This document shows, in pieces, positions 1 through 14,530 of a stretch of DNA of 43,540 nt (positions are counted from its first letter, which is position 1; every line of letters starts with the position of its first letter). The position numbers and the translations under genes are program-made. This DNA comes from Atractiella rhizophila (taxonomy: Eukaryota). Under the pieces are notes generated by a model that was not told where the DNA came from, searched no databases, and was given only the letters and a program-made list of their open reading frames with translations. Where the stretch lies: assembly GCA_021432655.1 (NCBI GenBank), contig MU271390.1, forward strand, positions 32,186-75,725, written 5' to 3'.

Positions 1-363
1 TGGTGAGTAGACACCAAGTGGTAGTAGGTGACTACACTTAACATCGCGTTTGCAGGTACCCCTGCTACAACGAGTCAGATGGCAAAAGATGTCGTCGAGT
101 TCCTTTCTTGGACAGCTGAGCCCGAATTGGATGAAAGGAAGAAGATGGGCATGCAGGTGTGTCACCCTATCACTTGTTTGCATCAACTGACCGTTTCCAG
201 GCCATGATTATCCTTAGCAGTCTCTTTGCCGTCAGCATCTTCGTTAAACGCTTCAAGTGGGCTACTGTGAAGAACCGAGTTTGTCCGTCTCTTCTAGTGC
301 ACTCATCAGGAGGATTAACTGACCAGCGTTGCAGTGGTGTATAATCCCCCACCCAAACATTAG
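1..363 (+). CDS. CYT1: Cytochrome c1, 3' end (partial, spliced)
   Basis: Spliced translation [70 protein letters not shown]; introns at about 3-55, 157-200 and 283-334. Confidence 0.95.
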
Positions 364-572
364 AGACCATTGCAATATAACATTGCGAAGATTGTCCAAG
401 GAAGTCCCTGCAGTGGCCTCCAGGCCCGTACGATATTTGTTGACATTATCCCGAGTGAGTGGGACATACAGCGGGCAGATAAGGAGAAAACTCTTAGAGC
501 CAAGTGCCTTATTTCACGGAGTTACTTCATTTCAGCTTAGTAGGCACCATTTTCTCATCCTGGCTTTGAGAG

Positions 573-1566
573 TTAGTCAATAGTGTCTTTCCACTCACTC
601 TGAGCGATCTTCCTCTTTTTACTGCCACACTTTCCGCTAGCACCCAAATCTACATCCTTCGTTTGCTGTTCTTGTCCACTCATCTCAGCCTCCAACTGTC
701 TCTTCCTCGTACCAACCGCGGTTGGCATGGTTGAAGGAGACCGAGATCTTATTATATTGCCCCGAAGACGCCCGCTTGACTGTAGGCTGTTCTGGGTCGA
801 CGACTGACATGAAGACGCTTCGAGATTCGTGGTCAAAGACCTAACATCCTAAACCGATCTATTAATAACAGAAGAAGGTAAAGACGAAGCATGTGTACCG
901 CAGACAATTGCAAGCAAGCCTTTTCGACATTGTGCAGCCTTTGACTGATGGAGTCGTTATCCTCTGCTTGTCTAATTGCAACGATTTTCTCGTAGAAGTG
1001 TTGAACCTCCTTATTCTGGGCACGTATTTCTTGCATTCCCACATCCAAGAGTTCCCTCATTCTCCTTCGATCGTCCAATAAGGATTCACAGAGCAACGAG
1101 TGAGACTGTGCAAAAGTTTGTGACAGGTCAGGGACGTGTCTCGTAAAGTTTTCATTGTTGGCTCGTGACAAATCGAGCAGAGATGCGCTCGTTTGGTTTA
1201 TACACGGTGCCAAGCTGGAGAGGGAGGCAGAGACGTTTTGGATTTGGGCCTGAACATCCTGCATTGAAGCTTTGACTGTTTCATGACGTCAGTAGCCGTT
1301 GATTACTGGAGGGAACGATGTACTTTCTTCTTGTGCGATTCGCTGAGATTCCAGGATTGTCTCGTTATATCGCTCAACGCGTTGGTCTAGAGACAAAAGG
1401 TGTCCTTTGAGGATCTCAAACGAAGCACCTGCATCATCTGTTGTGGTGACAGGTTCCTTCAGTATAAACGCGGGATTGTCTTGTTTCTCTACGGCTAAAA
1501 AGCGGAAGAGGGGAGAATCTATCATGACTGTCACGTCTGTGATCCTCGTATTCGCTTGCTTTCATG
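573..1566 (-). CDS. Hypothetical coiled-coil protein with a basic C-terminal NLS-like segment
   Basis: ORFs 1289-1534, 833-1264 and 573-836 join in frame through canonical GT-AG introns; heptad-like Q/L/E composition; RKRQ/KKRK near the end. Start codon uncertain. Confidence 0.6.
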
Positions 1567-1756
1567 ACCTGAACCAGCCAGCGCGGTGTTACTGATGCAC
1601 GTGATCTGGGATTGTTTCTTTATTTTATGGCGCACAAAAGTTCTAGAGTGATGCTCGGTGTTTCCCAATGTCATCCATTTCGATCATTGATGATTTCTTC
1701 CCACTAAATGGAGCAACATCGAAGCCATGAAGAAGCGCAGACCGTGGTTGCAATTT

Positions 1757-2781
1757 TCAGGCAGCAGCCATAATTTCTTCCGGTAATGGCGGTTTGCCTT
1801 TTCCCACAATCCTATATACCAATTCACCCTCCACCGCCGCGGGCTCGAGACCTAATTTGGGCAGGAGATCGTAATATCGTTGCTGATTTATGCTCTTGAG
1901 GTAGCGGAGCTGCTTCGCACGGTTGGATATAAGGGCACGGAGTGAGCGCCGGTTGTGAATGTCGCGCGTATCTGTTTGGAGGTGGTTATGCAAGAGTCGA
2001 ATGCGGTAAGTGAGCACAGCCGCTGTATGCAAGAGTTAACGAGAGGGCACGGCAGAGAAAAAGCAGAAGACGCACCCTGCACTTCTGGAGAACCTGTGTC
2101 ATTGGGAACCCGACCGAAATGAAGAGATATTCGCTTGCAATTCTCGGTTCGAACGCCACGCGAGTCCGCATTTCGCAAATCCAGCACTTTCGCCAACAGA
2201 TTTGCCTTATCCTTCTCCAGACCCGCGACCTTGTCCTGAAGTTTGAAATCGTCCAGTATGACCTGACGGTCTAGAGAATCGTCTAGCAGGTGTTGCGTGG
2301 CGCTGACATTCGGTAAGTCGACGAATAGCAGCTTTCGAGAATCCTCTGAGCCCAAGCCAAACTGCAGGTACAGAGGACCCGGAACTTCCTGGCTGGAGGA
2401 CTGCCCCTCCGAAGGGAAGGGAGGAGGAATTGACCCTGGCTTGACTCCCCATAGCACATCTTTATCGACTAGTATGCTGTTAAGCAAGCATTGTTCCCAA
2501 CGCCACTCTTCGCCTTTCTTGTGTCCAAGAACTGGAGAGGGTTTGATGAGAGCAGCCTCCTTAGCTTTCCGTGCTCGAAGCTCCTGTCCTTGCTTCTTCT
2601 GCAGGCGCGAAATCCTCTTTCGCGCTTTTTCAAGCGGGACTGGGGTGGAATGAAAAGAAGCGATTTGAACTTTTGAGCCTGGGCGTTGAGCAAGTTTTAT
2701 AAGCGCCAAGTCTGACGCCACGAACGCAATTCTGGCTGAAGGTCTTGAGGAAGAAGCGGTTAAAAAGCGAATAGTCGACAT
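1757..2781 (-). CDS. MRPS28: Mitochondrial ribosomal protein uS15m
   Basis: S15 motif NDTGSPEVQ|AAVLTYRIRLLHNHL...DIHNRRSLRALISNRAKQLRYLK across one intron; R/S-rich presequence from the ATG at 2781. Confidence 0.9.
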
Positions 2782-2888
2782 AGTATTCGTGTAAATAAAT
2801 GAGATTTGTAGTTGTAGTCTACACAAAGTCACATAAAGTTTGACGTCGACTGCCTGGAGGTGAACCAGTAAGCTGCAGTGAGGACGCC

Positions 2889-4739
2889 ATGGAAGAAACA
2901 GAAGCAGCACCAGTAGCCGAAGAGCAGCAGGTCCAAAGGAGGATCCCGCCGCTGAGAGATAATAAGGATATTGGAGAAGTCATCTTTGTGCGTATTCAGT
3001 CTCCCAACCCAGCTCCTGAGGTCATGTCAGGGAATAGGTGGTAGACGCTCAAAAGACGACTGAGGGCTCTTCCTCCTCCTATATCGCTTATGTCATACGC
3101 TCTCCAGTGATTGCTTTCCCTCCCTCTTGCGGTTTCATTATACTCAAAGACCTTGCAGGGCCAAGAGACACGCCGTCGCTATTCGGAATTCGAATCCCTG
3201 CGTAATGCGCTGGTCAAGCTTCACCCCGTTCTCATTATCCCTCCGCTGCCGCCAAAGCAGTCGTTGGGAGAATATGCCACCAAACCCTCTCGAGTAAAGG
3301 AAGATGTGAACGTCATTGCACGGCGGAAGCGCATGCTGCAGGTCTTCCTCAACCGCCTCGCACGACATCCTATTCTGGGAACGGATGCTGTCTTTGAGAA
3401 GTTTCTTCAGGGCGGGCTTAGTTGGGCAGAGATTTCTCACCAGCCGCCTATGTCCCTGTTACCGAAGAACATCCTTCGTGCCCCTGCGAAGAACCCAACC
3501 GACATTGACGCCCAAATGCTTTACTCAGCACTACCCGTCCCTTCCTCCTCTCAGCCTCTCCAGGATCCCGACCAGAGGTTTATTGATTCAGAAATCTTTA
3601 CTGCCAAGTTCTCGGCACATCTTCAGGGCAGTTTAGAGAAGGTAAATCGGAGACTGATGAAGAGATGGGGGGAGTATGGTGGAGACATGGCTGAGATGGG
3701 AGCTGTCATGAACGGTTTTGCCTTACTCGAAAGCAAGGACGAAAGCTTGCAAGAAGCTATTGAAAAGACTGGTCAAGCTGTCGATGCAGTGTACATGAAC
3801 ACGTCTGCCATGGTGCGTCCTTCTTCCATCTTATTTTGCCAGGGAATTAATGCCTCAATAGCTACAAGAATGGGAGAAGATTTACACTGAACCACTAGCA
3901 GAATATTCCCAGTTCTCATCCATCATCAAACAGCTCCTCAAATTCCGTCACATGAAGCACCTCCAATTCGAAATGTCTCGTCAAATTCTTGATTCAAAGC
4001 AAGGCACGCTTGAAGAGCTCGAACGCTCGGAAGCTGAATCGCGTCGTCTAGACCGTGCTCTCTCGCGTGTACGAGAAATTGATGATGAGGGACATGTTGG
4101 TGCACACGTTGGGGACGGCATCAGCAGTGACTCGCCTACTCCACCGAGGAACGAGGCTGAAGGAAGCCCCAGTCCGCCTGAATACAGTAGTTTGACCGGC
4201 TCGAGTACGTTAGGAGGTCATTCCCAAGGTCGCAGCGTTAGTACTGTGAGCGCTGGGCCATATGCTCCAAGACGAAGCGCCAGCTACGGATTTCTTGGTG
4301 CTTTGCAGCACACGATTCAAGGTATGATGGACGTTGATCCGGAGGCGACGAGGAGGAACAACATCGGAAAGACCAGGGATACCATTACCCAGGTTTGTAT
4401 TCCTTTCGTTTCGGAATGGCAAGCTGATGCTACGTTGGGGATGGACCAGTTGCAACAAGCGACAGAGAGTGCTGAAGACGATCTACGATATTGCTCCCAG
4501 ACCATTCAGGCTGATCTAGACAGGTTTCAACGTCAAAAGGTGTCAGATTTAAAGAGAATGACTCTCGCTTTTGCGCAAATGCACCGGCAGTGGTGCGCCA
4601 AGGTTCGTCTCTCTTGCATTCCTCTGTTCAGACTTATTGGAACAAGAACTGACGAGATATATGATAGAATCTGGAACAATGGGAAACCGCGTTGAGTGCT
4701 ATCAAGAACATCCAGACGGATGATTCATCTCCATCATAA
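2889..4739 (+). CDS. PX-BAR sorting nexin (Snx41/Atg20 type)
   Basis: PX motifs YIAYVI, RRRYSEFESLR, IIPPLPPK and RRKRMLQVFLNRL; BAR tail TIQADLDRFQRQKVSDLK; about 5 introns. Confidence 0.9.
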
Positions 4740-4880
4740 TACTTTCAGTAGTTTTTGTGGCACCGTATCATAATTTATCATAATGGACCTTGTGACAGCC
4801 CATCTCTGCAGAAGCTGAAGGCAGGAATTGAATGCTTTGCACAAACTGTAAACTGAATGGCGGAAATGCAGTAGCAGAGA

Positions 4881-6478
4881 TCAACGTCGGACCCAGCTTT
4901 TCTAAGAATTCAGGGTTGGGGTTAGTGAGTGTGCCATAGGATGAAAAGAGAAGACGGACTCCTTTTCGAGACTTGTGGCGACCCCACTTCTTCCGCTCCA
5001 CCATCCTGGAGTCTCTAGTCAACAATTTGGCTACATAAATCATTAGCAACCGTGACACAAAATAATGAAAACGACACGCCTTTTCGCAAGATCTTCTCCC
5101 TCTCAAATCCCCTTCCCCCACCCTCATGACCACCCAGCAAGACGAGACATCGACTTATGGCCAACGCCAAACTTCCACTTTGACCGGTCAAACCTCCTCC
5201 CCTTGTCACACCAAAAATATTGTATCTCCCTAGCTGTCCAGTAAGAATGAGGGGCCGCAAAATGGTCGCTTTGTGGATCTGGGAATTGGAGAAGCTGGTC
5301 AATGGTTTATTGTTGATCAATATCCGTCCAATACGGTCACGGTCTTTCGTTTCGTGCGCCACATCAGCGAATTGCGAGTTCACGACGTCCAGCATGCTAG
5401 GTTCACCCTCTTCCAGAACACGTATCATCCACACCCGCGCACTGCTCTCCTTCCTCCTTCCAAACGCGCTCGCACGTCCATAATCGTCCACAGGGGTATC
5501 CATCTTCCCCGTCAGTCGCGGAGGGCGGGCAGCAAGGTCTCCACCCTTTGCTCGTGTTGTGCCAGTAAAACCAGCGCCGGCATCCGAGTTCTTTTGGAAC
5601 GGCTTCAGCACGCGATGAATCATTGGGACTAGCTCAGCGTTCTCGCCTCCGAATAGGGAACTGTCGCTCCTCCGGAAAGCGTCTTCCTTGTACAGCTGGT
5701 CGGCCAATGCAGCGGGAGGTATTAAGGAAGCAAGGTCGCTTAGCGCTTTGGTAGCAAGGTCTCCACCCTTTGCTCGTGTTGTGCCAGTAAAACCAGCGCC
5801 GGCATCCGAGTTCTTTTGGAACGGCTTCAGCACGCGATGAATCATTGGGACTAGCTCAGCGTTCTCGCCTCCGAATAGGGAACTGTCGCTCCTCCGGAAA
5901 GCGTCTTCCTTGTACAGCTGGTCGGCCAATGCAGCGGGAGGTATTAAGGAAGCAAGGTCGCTTAGCGCTTTGGTAATACGCTTATACTCCGTGATGGAAA
6001 GCTTGAAGTGATCCCCGAACATCTCCCCCATGTCCTCCTGCACCTTCCAAGTCCGCTCCCAACCCCAACTCTCTGGTGCACCGGCATCCCCTATCCTCAC
6101 TTCCGTACCTTCCAACTTCCCAGGGCCAGAAATAGCCCTAAGTCTGTCCCTAACAGCATCATGCACTTTCTTCGCACCACGGTCAGAGTCCTCTTCTGCT
6201 CTTTTGAGCACACCCCTGCGCCAGAGTTCCGCACGGAGAGCCTTTATTCCATTTTCCAAGTTCTGACAAGAGATGAAGTATCCTGGTTTGGAGGTAAAAT
6301 ATGTAGGAGTAGGTGGTTTGATGGAGGTATGCGGCAGGGGAGGCGGGACGAGGGACGTTGAGGGCCCTTGCGTTGGCTGGTCCAAAGGAAAGAAAGAGGC
6401 CGAAGATATGCCCCGTGCAGTGATGCGTGGACGCGCCAATCGCGTTGCAGCGCAGAAAAGTGAAGGTCGTGGTCGCAT
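4881..6478 (-). CDS. MRPS9: Mitochondrial ribosomal protein uS9m (carries an internal 74-aa duplication)
   Basis: S9 motifs GRRKESSARVW, GGGLTGQSG, TRDSRMVERKK and terminal WVRR*; two 3' introns. Confidence 0.92.
5531..5974. repeat. Exact 2 x 222-bp tandem duplication inside uS9m
   Basis: 5531-5752 is identical to 5753-5974 by direct comparison; the reading frame is kept. Confidence 0.97.
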
Positions 6479-6489
6479 TGGTTGGGTGA

Positions 6490-7988
<1,499 letters not shown>

Positions 7989-8155
7989 CGTTAGGTACTG
8001 TGCATACTGTTGTATGCAACAGCAAACTTGAAACCTTGACCATCATCGCAAGACTGTTGCAATGTATCACCATTCGGATCTGAACACAATATGGGAGTGT
8101 CTTCCACTTCGTGCTTCTACTTCGCGTCCATTCGGCCACTCATGGATACGCACTT

Positions 8156-11100
8156 TTAATAGCATTCTGCCATGGCGAGACCTACAGAACCAGATTCAGC
8201 ATCGGGCCAACTGACTTTCATGACATACCGCAACGTTGGGAAAGCAACGCAAGCAGACGATGACAGCCGGAGCCCACTGAAATCCACGTTGTCCAGGTGA
8301 TACTTTTGAAGGAGCGCCTCTATGATTGGTCGTTCTGAAACTGGAATATCCGCAATGATAAGATGTTGATTCGGCGTCAACCTGAATACTCCTTTGTGCA
8401 CCTTAGCGATCTCTCGCAACCCAGTTCGGAAAGGTTTCCCTTCTTCGTCTTTCACGCGTCCATTCTCAATGAAGGCGACGAAACTACACGTCTTCCCGTC
8501 GCCTGACTCCCGCCAGCCGAAGTTGTCAACATTCGAGGTGAATGTGAATGGTTTAGGATCCTTGACAAATATTAGAGCCAGTAGATGTTACCCCGTACGC
8601 GTCGCACCTGAAATTTCCAACCCAAACGGTTTTCAACCTCTGCTTTGAATGCTCCAAGTCCCATTCTATCGATCGTATACTATTATACTGGTCGGTTAAA
8701 CCCAGGTCAATCAGAGCCAATTTCCTTACCTTTAACCGAGCATTCTTTCGGCTGCAAAGAACAATCAGCGCTTTGCTAATTTGTTGTACTAAACAAGAAA
8801 TCTACTCGGTTCGATTTCCATTATCACGTTGCGTGGTCATTATTTTCTCAGCGACTTCGCAGCCTTGCTCAGGGGTAATGAACCCAATGACGTCTGCAAG
8901 ACGAGGATATGTCTTCTTGTTGCCGCTATGGAGAATGTTAGACTGGGAATAGGGAGTCTCGGATGACTAACTGTGTAACGCCCATTCCACCTCCAACAGT
9001 GACGTTGAATCCAGACAAGGTGTTCGTAATTTGATCGATAATGGCGATGAATCCTACGAGCAGTTTAGCTAACAGATTAAAAACATACGGCACTACCTAC
9101 CGACATCATTAGCGTATATGTCTACTTCATTATTAGGCGGAATGGCCACAGCCATTTTGAATTTTCCTGAGCCGATCAGTCAAACCTGCACATTAGCTGC
9201 AAAGTGGTACTGACGAGGCAAGTAATACGGTCCATAGAGAGGTTCAAAGTCTTGGACTGCATCACCTGCAACTTTCTTTTTATCCAACCAGATCTCTGCG
9301 TACGCAGTGGTATGAGGCAGGAGATGTTCGCTCAAACTCTTCGCAAAGTTGTAAACCTGTCTGTGCAATTCACCGATGCTGGGATCCACGGCACACATCA
9401 CCTGTAACGTGATCAATAACCCCTCCAGGAGAAACGAGCGATCACACATTTCTATTCACATCACCACATGCAGCAATGGTGTCCAGAAGAGAGCGATTGA
9501 TGTCTTGAATCGCAGGCTTAAGTTTGCTCTTGATGATCCCGTGAAACTGGAAGGTCTGACGAGTGGTGAGCTTAAAGGTTTGATTCCCCTTCTCCTCCGC
9601 AATTTGGTCAATGGCGAGCCACTGTTGTGGTTGGCAGACTCCTCCAGGCATTCTAACCCGAACCATAAATGAATATGCGGGTTCGACCCCATCTGCCGCA
9701 CGTTGCTCCCTGATGTCTCGGTCATCTTGTTGGTATATGCCTAATCGACTGTCAGACAGCTGAAATGGAGGGGATGGTACGAGGGATGTTTACCGTGGAA
9801 CTTCGTCAATTGTCCGTCACTTTCAGCAAGCGCGCCAGTAGACGTATCAACCAAACCTTCCGCGATGGTTCCTCTAAGATAATTGCTAGCGATCTTGATG
9901 TGTTCATTCGTTATCGGTTCTGGCTCAACCTCCACGATACCGTCACTTTCAACTCCGAGAGCTTTGAAAAGCAGCGGTTCCCAAAGTTTGTATCCAGTCT
10001 GGGGACCGTCAGGGTCTTGGTCGTTCCCGAGTCCAATTGGAGTCAACACTTGGGCTCCAAGTTCGCTGAGTTTGCGGTCGAGATCTTTTCCCGGCTTGTT
10101 GTAGTAATGAGCGTCTTCTTTGCGCGGCCAATAGTGACTGTCTCCCATACCGAAGACACTATAATGAACCTTCGACAGCAGTGCGTTGTCAGAAAGGCTG
10201 CCGAGTTTCTTCCACGTTTTTCGTCCGTTCTGAGGAAATTCACCTTGCCCAGCAGTGCTGACCACAAAGGCAACATTGGTCTCCAAAGCGAGATCCTCAA
10301 TAGCAAACTGGTCTAAGATTGAGATTCGAGATCCAACTCCACGTCGCCGTGCTCTCTCATTCAGCCTCTTCGCTACCTTCTCAGCTTGACCACCGTCGCT
10401 AGCGTAGAGGATAAGAAGCGGAGGTCCATCGAAAGTGCCTCGCAGTTTGTCCAGCGCCTCTTCGACCTTGAGCTGTTGAGCGGCCCTGAGGTTGGATCCT
10501 GAGCTTGAGGCGATAGATCCGAGATTCGGTACCCGCGAAGAAAGAAGCGTAAGGTGGTTATCTCGATCTAAGAACTCTTGTAGTTCCGCTTTGATCTTCT
10601 CGCTATCCAATCTGAACACCTCTCGATAAGTCCCCTCGTTGGCCGGATTCCATCTGTACAACGGCCAGTAACCTTGATCAATGGCCGCCCTCGTGCTGTT
10701 CATAATATCCACGGCAGTGGTGGAGTCATCGTCACCGCCAGGAAGATATGCCAACAGCACGGATGGACCATTGAATTCTTCTGCTTCCTGAATAGCTCTG
10801 CAGGTTTGGCTGTAATCGCCGTAGACCGCGATGCTCGCGACAAATGCATTCCCGTAATTCATGGCATAGAGTCCAGCATTCTTTTTGCCTGCGTTATCGC
10901 CCTTTACAGGGAAAGGAGTGGAGTCGATGATGAGGAGCTTGACGTTGACGCCGGATGACAAGATGTGATGAAGCGCTGAGAAGCCAACGTCGCGTGCCCA
11001 AGCATCAGAACCAATGATCCAGAAGGACTGAGGCTCGAGGAACTCCTCGAGAACCGCTAACTCTTGCTCGGCTGGATCCGTCCCCACAGTGTCGAGACAC

Positions 11101-11560
11101 TTTCGGACTTCAGCAGCAGTGTTGGCATCCGGAGAGTCCAACCAATTGGACACAGCTGTTCGCAGTGCAGAGTTCGCCACAGGGCTGCTCAAGTAATCAC
11201 GGGCAAGCTTTTGAAGACGTGTGAAGGTCGATGATCGTTGTAAAATCTTCCCAACAGCTTCAGATGGAGAGGTCGATAGAGAGTCTGGTTGAGAATTGAG
11301 AATGTGAAGCTTGCTGCCGACAAATTTTTGCAAGACTTCGTGGTATTTTACTTCGTGCCTGAAACAGCCAAAATTCGAGGGATGTTCACTTGCTCGTTAA
11401 AGACTTACTTTGGGATTGATGGTGCGACTTGGAGGTCGTCCCCGTTAGTCTGCCCAATGCTCCTGCCATTCGCACCATTCGCACCATTCACACCGTTCGG
11501 CTGAACCATGATTGACTTTTGAGAGCAGATGAGGTAAAATTCTTGGTCTTAAGCGGCCAA
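8156..11560 (-). CDS. MET5: Sulfite reductase beta (hemoprotein) subunit, apparently truncated at the 3' end; 5' end unresolved
   Basis: Flavodoxin motifs ([20 protein letters not shown]), [44 protein letters not shown] and SSACVAFPT; similarity stops after GLAMAE. Confidence 0.88.
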
Positions 11561-12771
11561 TGGCTGAGCACGCAATGCAAGAAAGAGTAATCGGGATGGC
11601 GTCTTTCGATTTCTGGAGTCGGCTGGAACTGACAAAGTGGTAGCCAATAGGGATGAGAGAGTTGAGAGGCGTGTAGTTCTGCTTGTAGCTGCTCAAACTC
11701 TTGCCTTCGTCTTTACACCTGCCTCTGTCTACTTCTCGATCCAATCCGATCACCTGCAATTGTTGCTCCGGCTGATAAGTTAAGGTTCTGCTTCTCATGA
11801 GGAGAACCTTATATCTCGCCTGATGTCTTCCCGCCTTACCCTTGTGCGAATTCACCTGGACTCAACCAGGCCAGATAGTGCCGCTGGATGAGGGGTTATG
11901 GAGGACTAGATCGAGTGAATCTGCTCTATCGCCTCGAGCTCTCAAGGAAGGCCATGATTAATTTCGCAGTTCTTGATGCGTCTATTGCTGTGCTCTGTTT
12001 AACTTCTGAACTTCAACTTCACTTGTCCTGATGGGGTAAAGCTCGAAATATCTTTATATTGCGCTTTTAAATACTTCCTGCCTGTTGTTTAACCACATAT
12101 CCCATAAGACAGAGGTCTCAAAACTGAAGGTTTATTGAGATCAAGGTAATGCAGAGGATAAGAGTCCTGTACAGAGTTTCTTCCCGTCTTCAATGAACGG
12201 AAAAACAAACACATTCATTCAGGGGCATTAGAATTTATGGTGTTAGCGAACGAGAATAATACACTCTGATATCCTCCTTAACAAGAACCGCATTTTTTTC
12301 GGTTGTTGTACTGTCCAGCGAAGGAACTATTCCGCCGTTGTGCGGCTACACAAAAGTTCTTCAATTCAAGGGAGTGACCGATCGATGAAGTCAATGGAAG
12401 TCTACTTAATTTTCGGCACAACACTTCCGAGGTGTTCTGACATAGTCCTCAGGTCTTCTCTTGTCATCTGTGCGTGCCCAATTTTCATGTTCCATTCCAT
12501 TTTTATTCGAACAAACCAAACAATTATTGACCTCAGCGCTTAAGAATCGAAATCGCTGTAAACGCAACCCCCGCCTAGATAAGTGTCAATCATGAAGAAC
12601 GTCGAAGGCATCTTGAAAGAATACATTTAGCGGTGAACTGCTTCAAAGTAAATGAGGCTAAATGCAATGATAACCTGGCTACGATTTAACACCTTGATTG
12701 CTTAACAACCAAAAAGTCGTCAAGGGGCACGGCCAGTACTCAACGAGAGAACTCACAATGATAAGAACACG

Positions 12772-13842
12772 TTAGATCCCTTTTCGACTGACCCAAGTCT
12801 TCCCCTTGTCCGTGCTCTTCCGTCCCCATCTAAGCACCCAACTCTCAGCCTCTTTCGCCCCCGTCCACCCCACCTCGGTCAGTATACCCATCATCTCTTC
12901 CACATCCCACACATCCCTAATCCCAAAGAGAGCGCGGATGAGTTCCTTCGGTTCCGATGGTAAGTCGTCCAGTGGCAGTCGAATGAAGGTCTCGCCATCT
13001 GGTAGGAGGGAGAGATGAGGGCGAAAGAGTGGGAGAGAAAGTTCCGCATGGAGGAAGGACGGCAGAGAGGAGTATAGTGAGGAGAGGAGCGTGATGTTTG
13101 ACGTCGGCGTGGAAGAAGGAATGGACGATAGGACGGGTTGACCAATAAGACGGATAACGGTTGTGCGATCGAGGGAGGTTGGAGAACAGTTTGGGAGGAG
13201 GGAACAGATGGAAGGCAGATCGTCAGGGTCGACAAGCTCTTCATCGATTGCTTCTCTGATTTCCTGAATATTGAGCTCCTCGATCGACATACTGATGCCA
13301 TCCATGAGTTTGAGAAGGTGGAGCAGGAGCTCCGCGATGTACCCATCCTCGAGTATGAAGTATTCCTCTCCTGACTTTAAAACCCTTATGACTCTGAATA
13401 ACTCTTCCAATTCCATCTCAGAGCATTGTACATGCTCCAAAATCTCCTCCTTCCTCCTCCCCTTGCCCTTCATTCCACCAGCTCCTCGGTATTCGGCACC
13501 CTTCATCAATTCCCTCAAAGCGCGCCGACATCTTCCTCCTTCCCTTCCCGCTGCAATTTCGACAGTACCTTCCGTCTCTCCCACTACAGAAACCGTTCTT
13601 AACGTTTTATCCAAGGATCCAAGAAGAGTCTGGTTGGAGGAACTGACGGATTTCAGTTGATACGTCTTGTCAGGCGTCACGAGGACAGCCGGCGAGAAAG
13701 GAGGTGCCTTAATCGTCAGTGGAATGCTTGGATCACGGAACAGCGGAAGGAGTGCAGGAGGGATCTCAAGCAACGTGTAATCGGGTGTGGACGAGGGGGA
13801 TGAGGCATCTCGCGAAGCATGGATCAAATCGAATTGTGTCAT
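12772..13842 (-). CDS. DCC1: Sister chromatid cohesion protein Dcc1 (Ctf18-RFC subunit), intronless
   Basis: YTLLEIPPALL, AVLVTPDKTYQLKSVSSSNQTLL, VQCSEMEL and LPSEPKELIRALFGIRDVW. Confidence 0.85.
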   Translation of the reverse strand: MTQFDLIHASRDASSPSSTPDYTLLEIPPALLPLFRDPSIPLTIKAPPFSPAVLVTPDKTYQLKSVSSSNQTLLGSLDKTLRTVSVVGETEGTVEIAAGREGGRCRRALRELMKGAEYRGAGGMKGKGRRKEEILEHVQCSEMELEELFRVIRVLKSGEEYFILEDGYIAELLLHLLKLMDGISMSIEELNIQEIREAIDEELVDPDDLPSICSLLPNCSPTSLDRTTVIRLIGQPVLSSIPSSTPTSNITLLSSLYSSLPSFLHAELSLPLFRPHLSLLPDGETFIRLPLDDLPSEPKELIRALFGIRDVWDVEEMMGILTEVGWTGAKEAESWVLRWGRKSTDKGKTWVSRKGI

Positions 13843-14461
13843 TCTATCAGATTCTATTGCGCCAATTGTCACTGTCAATTAGTCCTGCAGTTCTGTACAC
13901 GTTCTGAAGTAGCAGATTTCGTAAACATGAGATCCCGAGGAGCATTCCAAGCCAATCCAAATCGACTCAACATTTAGATGCTTTCCAAGTTATTTGTAAC
14001 GTAACTAAATCTCATTCCATTCGCCCAACGAACAACAAACGTAATCAACACAGTTTTCCACCACAAAATGGTACAACAAACGCGTGAATGGGATCACAAT
14101 GCACATCGACCTAAGGAAACATTCTGTCAGCATGCTTCTCTATCATCCAACAGACAATTAGAATGATTGGAAAGCTCAGCAAAAAATTAAGGTAGCAAGA
14201 AAGTTTCGACATGGTTTTGTATGCCTTCAGACTCGTCATCTTGAATAGGTTCATCACAGCTCTCCCCTCATTTGGCGACTCTTTGTATTAAAATTGCTCA
14301 CCTTTATGTTGAAATAAACTGCTATCCTCAGCGTCTCAGCCTCCACCGTATTCTCAACGGCACAAACTGAAAGCGAAAAATTCGAGTTCTCGGAAGTTCT
14401 AGTCCTAAACTAAAAATGTGATAACGACATTACACGACTGCGAGGGTTGATCGAAAAAAGT

Positions 14462-14467
14462 TGACTC
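14462..14467 (+). promoter_or_regulatory. Possible Gcn4/CpcA site (TGACTC) upstream of ILV5
   Basis: TGACTC lies about 65 nt before the ATG of an amino-acid biosynthesis gene; a single short motif. Confidence 0.3.
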
Positions 14468-14530
14468 CCCCAACTTGACCTTTTCATTTCAGGCGGCATT
14501 TCAGCTCTTCCACCAAAAACTTCCACCACC

